Source: Vulcanimicrobiota bacterium
Lineage (GTDB): Bacteria; Vulcanimicrobiota; Vulcanimicrobiia; Vulcanimicrobiales; Vulcanimicrobiaceae
DNA length: 39,827 bases
Direction: 5' to 3'
Assembly: GCA_003156715.1 (NCBI GenBank)
Contig: PMHO01000038.1
Location: 21,891 to 61,717, forward strand
The stretch's first letter is position 1. Every line of letters starts with the position of its first letter. Of the stretch, positions 8,178 to 15,986 are shown in pieces. Under the pieces are notes generated by a model. That model saw only the letters and a list, made by a program, of their open reading frames with translations. It ran no database searches and was not told where the DNA came from. The translations under genes and the position numbers were made by a program.

Positions 8178-9182
8178 CGCCGCAAGCTCGGCGTATGCGC
8201 CCGGTGCTCCCTCAAACGACACCCGCGCGCCGACCACATCGCTCGGATCGAGCGCGCGGGTCCCCAAGAGCGCGAGCAAGGTGCGGCGCACGCGGATCGC
8301 GTCGCCGATTGCAAACGAGAACGAGATCTCGTCCGCGAAGCATTTCGCGAGCGGCAGCTCCCAGCGCTCGGCTGCGTGTGCGCCGACTGAAACGATCCGG
8401 CCGCGACGCCGGACGAGCTGCAACGCGCTCGTAAGCGCCGCATCGCGTCCGACCGCTTCGACGACCACGTCGGCACCGTCGCCGTCGGTCAGCTCTCGAA
8501 TTAGGCGCTCGGCATCCTCCGGCGCCGCGGCAAGCGCACCGTGCGCTTCTGCGAAGCGGCGCCGCTCTGCGCTCGGTTCGACCACGACGACAATGCCGGC
8601 GCCGGCCGCCTGGGCGCACATGCTGGCGAGCTGACCGACCGCGCCGCCGCCGATGACGGCCAACACTTCGCCCGGCGCAAGCCCGCTGCGCTCGATCGCA
8701 ACCCAGCCGGTCGGCAAATTATCGGCCAGCAGAATGGCGCTTTCATCCGAGCAGGCCGCGGGAACGCGCATGAGCGCGACGTCCGCAAACGGCACGCGGA
8801 CGAGCTCCGCTTGAGCGCCTGACAGCGGCGGACCGAAGGCTGCGCCCGTACCAAAAAAAGCGCGTTGCGCGCACTCCCAATGATCGCCGCGGTCGCACCA
8901 ACGGCATGCTCCGCAGGCGACGAAATCCGAGGCGAAGACGCGCTCGCCCGGCCTCACGTGCTGCACCGCCGAGCCGACTTCGACGACGCTGCCGACGAAT
9001 TCGTGTCCCAGCACGAGGCCCGGCTCGACACCGGGAAAGTCGCCGCCGATCAGATGCAGGTCCGTTCCGCAAATACCGCACAGGCTCGGGCGCACGAGCG
9101 CGTCGGTTGGGTCGACCAACGCCGGCTCGCGCACATCGTCGAGCCGAACCGAGCGCGAACCAGCGAAGACCACCGCGCGCAT
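8136..9182 (-). CDS. Zn-dependent alcohol dehydrogenase (MDR superfamily)
   Basis: It has the catalytic-Zn motif SLCGICGTDLHLIGGDF...GHEFVGSVVEVG, the structural-Zn Cys cluster CGACRWCDRGDHWEC, and the GxGxxG motif VIGGGAVGQL. It is the last gene of the - strand BMC operon, starting 2 nt after the MDH stop. Confidence 0.85.
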   Translation of the reverse strand: MRAVVFAGSRSVRLDDVREPALVDPTDALVRPSLCGICGTDLHLIGGDFPGVEPGLVLGHEFVGSVVEVGSAVQHVRPGERVFASDFVACGACRWCDRGDHWECAQRAFFGTGAAFGPPLSGAQAELVRVPFADVALMRVPAACSDESAILLADNLPTGWVAIERSGLAPGEVLAVIGGGAVGQLASMCAQAAGAGIVVVVEPSAERRRFAEAHGALAAAPEDAERLIRELTDGDGADVVVEAVGRDAALTSALQLVRRRGRIVSVGAHAAERWELPLAKCFADEISFSFAIGDAIRVRRTLLALLGTRALDPSDVVGARVSFEGAPGAYAELAALRAMKVVIDPRKP

Positions 9183-9184
9183 GC

Positions 9185-10576
9185 TTAGCGCGGCATGGCC
9201 TTGATGCGCTCGTCGATCGCCTTGGCGGACGCTGCCAGCTCCGCACGCTCGGCGGGGCGCAGGGCGAGGTCGACGATCCGGCGGACGCCCGTACGGCCGA
9301 GCAGCACCGGAAGACCAACGCGCGTGTCGATTAACCCATAGGCGCCGCGCGAGCGAACGCAGGCTGGGATCACTTCGTCGGAGTCGTCGACGATCGCCTG
9401 TACTTGTTTGGAAATCGCCGAGCCCGGCGAGAAAAACGCGCTGCCGCTTTGCAGCAGTTTCGTAACCTCGGCACCGGACTCGCGCGTGCGACGGACGATG
9501 CCGTCGAGCGTCGCGCTATCGAGCAGTTGCTCGAGCGGAACGTTGTTCGCCGTCGCTTGACTCAGTGGAATCACCATTTCCGCGCCGTGGCTTCCCAGGA
9601 CGAGCGCGCGAACGTCCTGAGCGCGAACGGCACCGGTAAGTCCGACCAGGGCGCGGAAGCGCGCGGTGTCGAGCACGCCGCCCATCCCGACGACGCGCTC
9701 GGGCGGAAAAGCCGTCAGCTCGCAAACGAGCTGCGTCATCTCTTCGAGGGGATTCGTGACGACAACGACGACCGCGTTCGGAGCAAGCTCTTTGATCGAG
9801 GGCGCAATCGAGCGTACGATCTCGGAGTTGGCCGCCGTCAAGTCGGTGCGCGACATGCCGGGCTTGCGCGGCCGCCCCGCCGTTATCACGATCACATCCG
9901 AACCCGCCACGTCGGCCATGCGGTGACTGCCTTCAACGCGCGTATCGAAGCCGCGCAGCCCGGCGCTGTGCCACATGTCGAGCGCGAGACCTTCGGCCAG
10001 CCCCTCGACGACGTCGATCAGCCGCACGCGCGCGAACCGGTCCGCTAAGGCGAGCGCGAAACCGGCACTCGCGCCAACGTGACCGGCACCGACGACCGTC
10101 ACCTGCGGGCGCGCAAGCGCCGCATCCGTCTGCCCGGCGCGCACGTTGCGCTCGCCCGCAGAGCCATATGCGCTGCGACGGTAGAGGGCACCCGAGCGCG
10201 GCAAGGCCGCGCTGCCGCTCGGGGCGGCGGCCTGCGCGACGCGTGGAAGTCCCGGGCCGACGCGCGCCGGGCCTGCCGGAGTCGTGCGCGCAGGTTGTTG
10301 CAGCACGCCGCGCTGCGCAGGCTGCGAAACGGGTCGCTGTACGAGCGCCGGGCTGACGTACGACGTCATGGTGCGTTGCGGCGGACCGCTCGCGCCGTCG
10401 CGTTCGATCGTGATGCCGAGCTCTTTCGCGCGGTCGAGCGCGAGCGGCGTCACCACGTCGAGCGGGCCGATGCGCAAGCTCCCCGAGGCCTGCTCCACGT
10501 CGCGAAGCGTGAAGACGCTTCTCGGCGTTTCCTCCTTTGACGACGCGCGACCGTTCGGAACGCCGGCCCCCTTCAC
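9185..10576 (-). CDS. mdh: LDH-like malate dehydrogenase carrying a ~150-aa N-terminal extension (a small folded motif followed by a Pro/Ala/Gln-rich linker)
   Basis: The C-terminal ~310 aa match LDH/MDH: VTVVGAGHVGASAGFALAL, DVIVITAGRPRKPGMSRTDL and VLGSHGAEMVIP. The Arg in the GRPRKPG specificity position points to malate rather than lactate. The N-terminus (MKGAGVPNGRASSKEETPRSVFTLRDVEQASGSLRIGPLDVVTPLALDRAKELGITIERDG, then a low-complexity PAQ-rich stretch) is absent from ordinary MDHs. The start overlaps the BMC-T stop by 4 nt. Confidence 0.85.
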   Translation of the reverse strand: MKGAGVPNGRASSKEETPRSVFTLRDVEQASGSLRIGPLDVVTPLALDRAKELGITIERDGASGPPQRTMTSYVSPALVQRPVSQPAQRGVLQQPARTTPAGPARVGPGLPRVAQAAAPSGSAALPRSGALYRRSAYGSAGERNVRAGQTDAALARPQVTVVGAGHVGASAGFALALADRFARVRLIDVVEGLAEGLALDMWHSAGLRGFDTRVEGSHRMADVAGSDVIVITAGRPRKPGMSRTDLTAANSEIVRSIAPSIKELAPNAVVVVVTNPLEEMTQLVCELTAFPPERVVGMGGVLDTARFRALVGLTGAVRAQDVRALVLGSHGAEMVIPLSQATANNVPLEQLLDSATLDGIVRRTRESGAEVTKLLQSGSAFFSPGSAISKQVQAIVDDSDEVIPACVRSRGAYGLIDTRVGLPVLLGRTGVRRIVDLALRPAERAELAASAKAIDERIKAMPR

Positions 10577-11193
10577 TCGCGTCCCTCGAGAGCGGCCAGG
10601 GCGGCGACGGCGGCGTCGCGCGCGGTCCGCACGTCGCTCTCGCTTCCGGAAACGAACAGCCGGCCGAAGCGGCCGACGGCGCGCACCTCGATCAGGCTGA
10701 TCTCGGCCGTTTTCTCCGCCTCGTTGGCTGCCAGCGTGACGTAGGCCGCGGGCGAAACCTCGAGAACGAACAAGCTGCTGCGCGGCAAGAGCAGATTTCC
10801 CTTGCGCCAGCGATTGATCAGCTGCGCTTGATACGGGTTCACGTTGGTCACGAATTGCGAGGACGCCACTTTCGGCTTGAGGCGATCGGCTTCGCCGATC
10901 CCGAGGTACTCGAGCACCGCTTGCCCGGCGGCGATGACTTCGGCTTGCGTTCGCGAGTGCACCTCGAGCAACCCGAATTCGCGCTCGACGATCTGAAGGG
11001 CGGGGCGAACGTCGGCCGCTTTGAGGGCCACGTCCGCGCAGCGGAAGATTTCGTTACCCGGGGCAACCTCGATGAACAACTCCGACATTCCGGCCACCGG
11101 GACGTCGCCTTGGCAAGTGGCCGCAACGTGTGCCGCCGCTTGCGGCTGCATGCGATCGATGAACGCGTACGTGCGCAACTCGACGCCGGCCAT
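10573..11193 (-). CDS. BMC-T shell protein (tandem, permuted BMC domains; EutL/PduB-like)
   Basis: From the internal ATG 11193 there are two BMC-like repeats: ...MSELFIEVAPGNEIFRCADVALKAADVRPALQIVEREFGLLEVHS and ...SLFVLEVSPAAYVTLAANEAEKTAEISLIEVRAVGRFGRLFVSG. There is a GAGGGG RBS about 11 nt upstream. The track ORF 10573..11454 over-extends by 87 codons. Confidence 0.72.
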   Translation of the reverse strand: MAGVELRTYAFIDRMQPQAAAHVAATCQGDVPVAGMSELFIEVAPGNEIFRCADVALKAADVRPALQIVEREFGLLEVHSRTQAEVIAAGQAVLEYLGIGEADRLKPKVASSQFVTNVNPYQAQLINRWRKGNLLLPRSSLFVLEVSPAAYVTLAANEAEKTAEISLIEVRAVGRFGRLFVSGSESDVRTARDAAVAALAALEGRE

Positions 11194-11230
11194 CAGTTCG
11201 CCGCCCCTCGGCACGCTTCGTCGCCGCGTT

Positions 11231-12631
11231 TCACTTGAGATCGTACAGCGAGCGCCACGGCCGGATCTCGTGTGCGATGCGCTTGATGTTGATGAGATGC
11301 AGCGGCGTAACGTTGTCGGAGACGATCGATCCGCTCCAGGTTCCGGTGCCCAGCATGAACGACGGATCCGTGGCAGCGCTGAAGCCCATTCCGCCGAACA
11401 AGCTCGGCGTATTGCAAAGAATGCGTGCGGCCGGGAGGGACGCGAACTTGGCAATCACCGCGTCGTCGCCCGCGTGGAGGCCGAGCGTGTGGCCGGCGCC
11501 GCCGAAATCGAGAACCTGCCGGCAGCGTTCGTAAGCGGCGTCCGCGTTCTTGGCGCGATAGAACGACAGAACCGGGCCGAGAATCTCACGCGACAACGGG
11601 GTTTGCGGCCCGACGTCGTGCAGCTCGGCGGCGAGCACGCGGCAATTCGCTTCGACGCGCGCCCCGATCCGGTCCGCCAGAACGCGCGCCGATTGTCCGA
11701 CCGACTGCGGCCGCAGATCGCCGCCCTCGGTAAAGAGAAGCGACGCCAAGCGCTGCGCCTCCTCCGCACCAAGAAAGACGGTGCCCTGCGCTTCGAAAGC
11801 CGTAAAGGCGGCGTCGGCGATAGGCTCGTCGAGGACGACCGATTGTTCGGCGACGCAGGCCGTTCCGTTGTCGAAGGCTTTCGAAGTGACGATCATCGTC
11901 GCCGCTTCGAGCAGGTCCGGGACGGAGCGATCGATGTATGCCGGCACGTTGCCGGGCCCGACTGCCAGCGTCGGTTTACCAGAAGAATAGGCAGCGCGCA
12001 CCATGCCGGCGCCGCCGGTTGCCAGGACCATCGAGACGGCCGGATGGCGCATCAACTCCTGCGTCGACTCGAGCGTAACGCTCTCCAGACACGAGATCAG
12101 GCCGCGCGGCGCCCCAGCCCGCTCGGCCGCGCGGGCCATGATCTCGGCCGTGCGCGCGCAACAGCGCACCGCGCGCGGATGCGGCGCGCAAACGATGGCA
12201 TTCCCCGACTTGACCGCCGCCAGGCATTTGAACAGGACGGTCGAGGTTGGATTGGTGACGGGGATGATGGCGGCCAAAACGCCCATCGGTGAGCCGACGG
12301 CCGCCATCCGGTTCGGCTCGTCGACCCACAGAACACCGAGCGTGCGCATCTCCAGCATCGCTTGGGCCACGAAGCGCGCGTTGTAAAGATTCTTGTAGAC
12401 CTTGTCGGCGACGACGCCGTAGCCGGTCTCCTCGACGGTGAGCCGGGCGAGTTCTTCGGCCGCGGCCGCCCCGGCGTTTGCCATTGCGCTCACGATGCGG
12501 TCGACCACCGCTTGCGTGGCGCCGTCGAACGACTCGAAGGCGGCCCGTGCGTCGCGCGCTTTCGCGCGCGCTTCAGCGAGCGCGATCAGGTCGGAATCGG
12601 CTTCGAGCGCAGCCATCGCGCCCCCAGGCAC
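11231..12631 (-). CDS. CoA-acylating aldehyde dehydrogenase (PduP/EutE family)
   Basis: The ALDH fold is clear. VGPGNVPAYIDRS and TSKAFDNGTACVAEQSVV match the PduP/EutE catalytic-Cys motif, and the C-terminus (...VTPLHLINIKRIAH) is EutE-like. A GTG start at 12631 sits 9 nt downstream of a GGAGGA RBS. No long N- or C-terminal extension is evident. Confidence 0.9.
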   Translation of the reverse strand: MPGGAMAALEADSDLIALAEARAKARDARAAFESFDGATQAVVDRIVSAMANAGAAAAEELARLTVEETGYGVVADKVYKNLYNARFVAQAMLEMRTLGVLWVDEPNRMAAVGSPMGVLAAIIPVTNPTSTVLFKCLAAVKSGNAIVCAPHPRAVRCCARTAEIMARAAERAGAPRGLISCLESVTLESTQELMRHPAVSMVLATGGAGMVRAAYSSGKPTLAVGPGNVPAYIDRSVPDLLEAATMIVTSKAFDNGTACVAEQSVVLDEPIADAAFTAFEAQGTVFLGAEEAQRLASLLFTEGGDLRPQSVGQSARVLADRIGARVEANCRVLAAELHDVGPQTPLSREILGPVLSFYRAKNADAAYERCRQVLDFGGAGHTLGLHAGDDAVIAKFASLPAARILCNTPSLFGGMGFSAATDPSFMLGTGTWSGSIVSDNVTPLHLINIKRIAHEIRPWRSLYDLK

Positions 12632-12661
12632 GATCGATTATCCTCCGGGATCCCGCGGTCG

Positions 12662-12964
12662 CTACTTGAGCTTGCCGAGAATCAGGTCCACGTCTTCGTG
12701 GGGCCGTGGGATCACATGCACCGAGATCACCTCGCCGACCTTGCCGGCCGCAGCCGCGCCGGCATCGGTCGCGGCCTTGACCGCCCCGACGTCGCCGCGG
12801 ACCATGACGGTGACGAGGCCACCCCCGATTTGCTCTCGGCCCATCAGCCGGACGTTGGCTGCTTTGACCATCGAATCGGCCGCCTCGATCGCTGCGACGA
12901 GGCCCTTTGTTTCGATGAGACCGAGCGCGCCGCCCGGGGACTCCGAGCTACCTGGTGCTGCCAT
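12662..12964 (-). CDS. BMC-H shell protein (single BMC domain; PduA/EutM/CcmK-like)
   Basis: [77 protein letters not shown] is a canonical BMC domain. An AAAGGGGGG RBS lies upstream. Confidence 0.9.
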   Translation of the reverse strand: MAAPGSSESPGGALGLIETKGLVAAIEAADSMVKAANVRLMGREQIGGGLVTVMVRGDVGAVKAATDAGAAAAGKVGEVISVHVIPRPHEDVDLILGKLK

Positions 12965-12988
12965 GACACTGACCCCCCTTTTGCTTTA

Positions 12989-13294
12989 CTACTTGACGAA
13001 CGTGGTGCGCGAATCGAGCCGGGCACTGTCGACGATGGCGACGATGGCGGCATCGGTCGGAACGCGCGCCGTGCCCTCGTCGACGCGCGCGGCGCCGCCG
13101 TGCGCGACCAAAACGATCTCGCCCTCGCCGACGCCGACCAGGTCGATGGCGGCATACACCGCGGCGCTTGCATCGCCGTCGCCGCCAAGCGGATCGCGCG
13201 GATCGACCTCTCGAACCAACAAAAGTTTGTAGCTCGACAGACCGTCGGCTTTGACCGTGGCGACGACGTTTCCGCACACCCGCCCTAGGCGCAT
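12989..13294 (-). CDS. BMC-P vertex protein (EutN/CcmL/PduN family)
   Basis: From the internal ATG 13294 the sequence runs MRLGRVCGNVVATVKADGLSSYKLLLVREVDP...AAIDLVGVGEGEIVLVAHGGAAR...AAIVAIVDS. An AAAGGG RBS lies upstream, and it is the first gene of the - strand operon. The track ORF 12989..13429 over-extends by 45 codons. Confidence 0.85.
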   Translation of the reverse strand: MRLGRVCGNVVATVKADGLSSYKLLLVREVDPRDPLGGDGDASAAVYAAIDLVGVGEGEIVLVAHGGAARVDEGTARVPTDAAIVAIVDSARLDSRTTFVK

Positions 13295-13470
13295 CGTTTG
13301 GAACCCTTTCGTAGCTTGGCCCCCACTATAGGTTCGGGACCGCCACGCCGTCATGCTCGCGACCGGATAAAAAGCTCCGCCAACTTCTATCCGCACCGCC
13401 CGTAGCGCCTCGAGCCTCATCGTGGACAATTGAGAGCACGGGCGGCGCGGCCGTCCGAGGAGGATTCGTT

Positions 13471-14493
13471 TTGATCCAAGATGCGGATGCGGACTTTCAC
13501 GGGCGCGATTCGAGCGACCCCACCTGGTCCGAAACGAACTACTTCGCCTTCTACGAGCCGCAGTCGCGTTTAAACGTCGGTCTGTACGCGCTTTTCCGGA
13601 CGACCCTGGGAACGGTCGGCTCGACGATCTGCATCAATTCCGGCCGGTCTTTGACGCCGTGGGAAGCCGATTTCTGCGACATGCGCTCCTCGCTGCCGAT
13701 TCCGAAGCCCTACGACCTGCGCGCTTACAAGCTCGCCAACTCGCTCGCGGTCCGTACGATCGAGCCCAACCGCGTCTGGGATCTGCGCTACGATGACGGC
13801 GAAGGTACGCGGGTCGACGTGCGCTGGGAGGCGCTGATGCCGGGCTTCGACATCCACGATCCGGCCGAAGATCCGATGGCGGCGGCGGCGAGTCACGCGC
13901 AGGCCGAGGGCAAGTTCGCCTGGGGAACCGCCTACAACGGCCATTTCGATCAAACGGGGCGCGCCCACGGTACGGTCGCCGTTCGCGGCAAGGCGTATGA
14001 AATCGACTGCGTTTCCACCATGGACCACAGTTGGGGTCCGCGCCCCGAGCGCGGCGCCCCGCCGATGTGTTGGCTCGGCGCCCATTTTTCAAAAGATTTC
14101 GCGATGCATGCCATCTTCAGCTTCGATCCGGCCCAGAACCCGACGGGGCTACGCTTGACGCACGGTTACGTCCTCGAGCGGGGGAAGGTTTTCGGTCTTA
14201 AAGCGGGGAGTGGCCGCACGGTGCGCGGGAGCGACCGTTACGCCGAGACCATCGAGCTCACCGTAACCGACCGGGCCGAACGCACGTGGAACTTCTCCGG
14301 CGCCGGCTTGACGACGTTTCCCTGGCTATGCTGGCCGAATATGGTCGGCTTCAACGTCCTGACGCGTTGGGAGTGCAACGGCTTGACGGGCTACGGCGAG
14401 ATCTACGACTTCTACGAGCTGCCGCTGCTCGCGTCGCTCAACGGCTCGCCCGCGACCCGCATCGCATCGAGGCCGGCCTCCGTGAACGCCTGA
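13471..14493 (+). CDS. Hypothetical protein (340 aa), Trp-rich and probably a beta-rich fold; function unknown
   Basis: A TTG start is preceded by a strong GAGGAGG RBS 6 nt upstream. It is transcribed divergently from the BMC shell operon across a 176-bp intergenic region. I recognise no family motif with confidence; any resemblance to AttH/CrtC-type lipocalin hydratases is vague. Confidence 0.55.
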   Translation: MIQDADADFHGRDSSDPTWSETNYFAFYEPQSRLNVGLYALFRTTLGTVGSTICINSGRSLTPWEADFCDMRSSLPIPKPYDLRAYKLANSLAVRTIEPNRVWDLRYDDGEGTRVDVRWEALMPGFDIHDPAEDPMAAAASHAQAEGKFAWGTAYNGHFDQTGRAHGTVAVRGKAYEIDCVSTMDHSWGPRPERGAPPMCWLGAHFSKDFAMHAIFSFDPAQNPTGLRLTHGYVLERGKVFGLKAGSGRTVRGSDRYAETIELTVTDRAERTWNFSGAGLTTFPWLCWPNMVGFNVLTRWECNGLTGYGEIYDFYELPLLASLNGSPATRIASRPASVNA

Positions 14494-14497
14494 GCCG

Positions 14498-15487
14498 ATG
14501 CCGCCGCGCGCGATCCTCTTCGACTTCGACGGCACCCTCGTTCAAACGCGCGAGGCTTCCTGGGAGCTGTTCGCTCAAACCAATCGCGAGTTTGGCCTGG
14601 GCATCGAGGATCGCGACGCTTTTTTCGATCTCTTTAACGACAACTTTTTCCGGGCTCTCGCCGCCCGTTGCCCCGACAAGACGAAGCTCGATGCGGCCAA
14701 GCACCACTTTCTCGAGCTCCTTCGCACGCAGTACACGCCGCCGCTGGTACCGGGCCTGGCCGACGTGGTGCGAACCCTGGCGAGCCGCTGCACGCTCGTC
14801 GTCCTCTCCACCAACACGATCGCAACGATTCGACGCGTGCTGAGCGAAGCCGGCGTGGCGACGTGTTTCGCGCACGTCTTCTCGGGCGACGTGGAACCCG
14901 ACAAGAGCGTCAGCATGCGGCGCTTCCTCGCCGACGCAGGTTACGGCGTCGGACGGCGCTGCTCGCCTGCGTACGACGAGCTCAACGGCGCGCGCGACGA
15001 AGGCGGCGTAGCACTGATTACCGACACGGCAGGCGACGTGAAGGAGGCGTTGGCTTGCGGCGTTCGCGCCATCGGCGTCGCGTGGGGCATGCACGGCGAA
15101 TCCGAGCTGCTTGCAGCCGGCGCCGAAACGGTGGCGGTTTGGCCGCAAGAGCTCATCGCTTGGCTTGCGTCGGGCGAGCCCGCGCCTGGTGCGACGGCCT
15201 GTTTGCTTCCTCCCAAGGGCGCCTGCGCATGCGAGGGCGCTACCTCGACACCGTGCGCTTGTCCGCACGAACCGGCCGCTACGGCAGCCGAGCGCGTTGC
15301 CGCCGCCGCGCGCGTGCGCCGCGCGCGCAACTCCGAGCGCTTGGAGGAGGCTCGCCGCACCCGGTTTTGGGATCGCAGCGAATCCGTGCTTCGCTCGGAG
15401 CCGCCGCCGGCCGTGCCGCGCGCGCCACCGCCGTCAGAACCCGAACTGCTGGCGACGCTGCGGCGTCTGCGTCACATCCAGGTTTGA
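14498..15487 (+). CDS. HAD-superfamily phosphatase (phosphoglycolate-phosphatase-like) with a ~100-aa C-terminal tail
   Basis: The N-terminus ILFDFDGTLV is HAD motif I, and later motifs are VVLSTN and GDV...D. The tail has a Cys cluster (CLLPPKGACACEGATSTPCACPHEP), an Ala/Arg-rich segment, a Pro-rich segment (EPPPAVPRAPPPSEPE) and ends LLATLRRLRHIQV. It starts 4 nt after the upstream stop. Confidence 0.8.
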   Translation: MPPRAILFDFDGTLVQTREASWELFAQTNREFGLGIEDRDAFFDLFNDNFFRALAARCPDKTKLDAAKHHFLELLRTQYTPPLVPGLADVVRTLASRCTLVVLSTNTIATIRRVLSEAGVATCFAHVFSGDVEPDKSVSMRRFLADAGYGVGRRCSPAYDELNGARDEGGVALITDTAGDVKEALACGVRAIGVAWGMHGESELLAAGAETVAVWPQELIAWLASGEPAPGATACLLPPKGACACEGATSTPCACPHEPAATAAERVAAAARVRRARNSERLEEARRTRFWDRSESVLRSEPPPAVPRAPPPSEPELLATLRRLRHIQV

Positions 15488-15518
15488 ACGTGCATCTTCG
15501 CTGAGGAGGACAGAAGCA

Positions 15519-15935
15519 ATGACAGTTTTAGCCGAAGGTTACAACGCCTTCGAAACACCCAAATCGCCGACCGGCGTCGTCAAGTACCTCGGTGACCCGA
15601 CTGCGGTTATCGCGCTGATCTCGAGCGGCAAACTGCAAGACCACATCATCCTGGCGCAGGGCGGAACGACGACCTTCCTGTCCCCGGCGCTCACCATGGG
15701 ATGCCTCGGCGTCATCACGCTCTCGGGTGCGCCCGAGTCCCATCTCGGCATCCTGTCGCGCGAGTTTCAAATCCCGTGCATCATGACCGCCTATCAGCCG
15801 AACACCGAAACCCGCTACGTCACGGGCGGCAACAACGACGAGCACTTCAAGCAAATGATTGCAGCTCTCGACGGGAAGAAAGTCCGTCTCAAGTGCGACC
15901 ATCACGACGTCGCGCAGGTACTCCTCGAAGACTGA
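15519..15935 (+). CDS. Stand-alone PEP-utilising-enzyme mobile (phospho-histidine swivel) domain protein, 138 aa
   Basis: ATG 15519 follows a GAGGAGGA RBS. The sequence LQDHIILAQGGTTTFLSPALTMGCLGVITLSGAPESHLGILSREFQIPCIM resembles the GG.TSHAAI.ARE.GIP swivel motif, with a candidate catalytic His in ESHLG. Confidence 0.7.
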   Translation: MTVLAEGYNAFETPKSPTGVVKYLGDPTAVIALISSGKLQDHIILAQGGTTTFLSPALTMGCLGVITLSGAPESHLGILSREFQIPCIMTAYQPNTETRYVTGGNNDEHFKQMIAALDGKKVRLKCDHHDVAQVLLED

Positions 15936-15986
15936 CCCTCGTAACTTCACGTCTTACGCAGCGCTCAAGACAAGAGAGGAAACGCG

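Noticed and set aside
11021-13288. + strand ORFs 11021..12292 (423 aa) and 12362..13288 (308 aa) opposite the aldehyde dehydrogenase and shell genes
   Set aside because: They have no motifs and Arg/Ala-rich composition. The - strand encodes canonical aldehyde dehydrogenase, BMC-H and BMC-P proteins with RBSs.
14438-15504. ORFs 14438..15268 (-) and 14668..15504 (+) overlapping the HAD gene
   Set aside because: They are alternative frames of a GC-rich gene, with junk composition. The HAD motif I (DFDGTL) frame is unambiguous.
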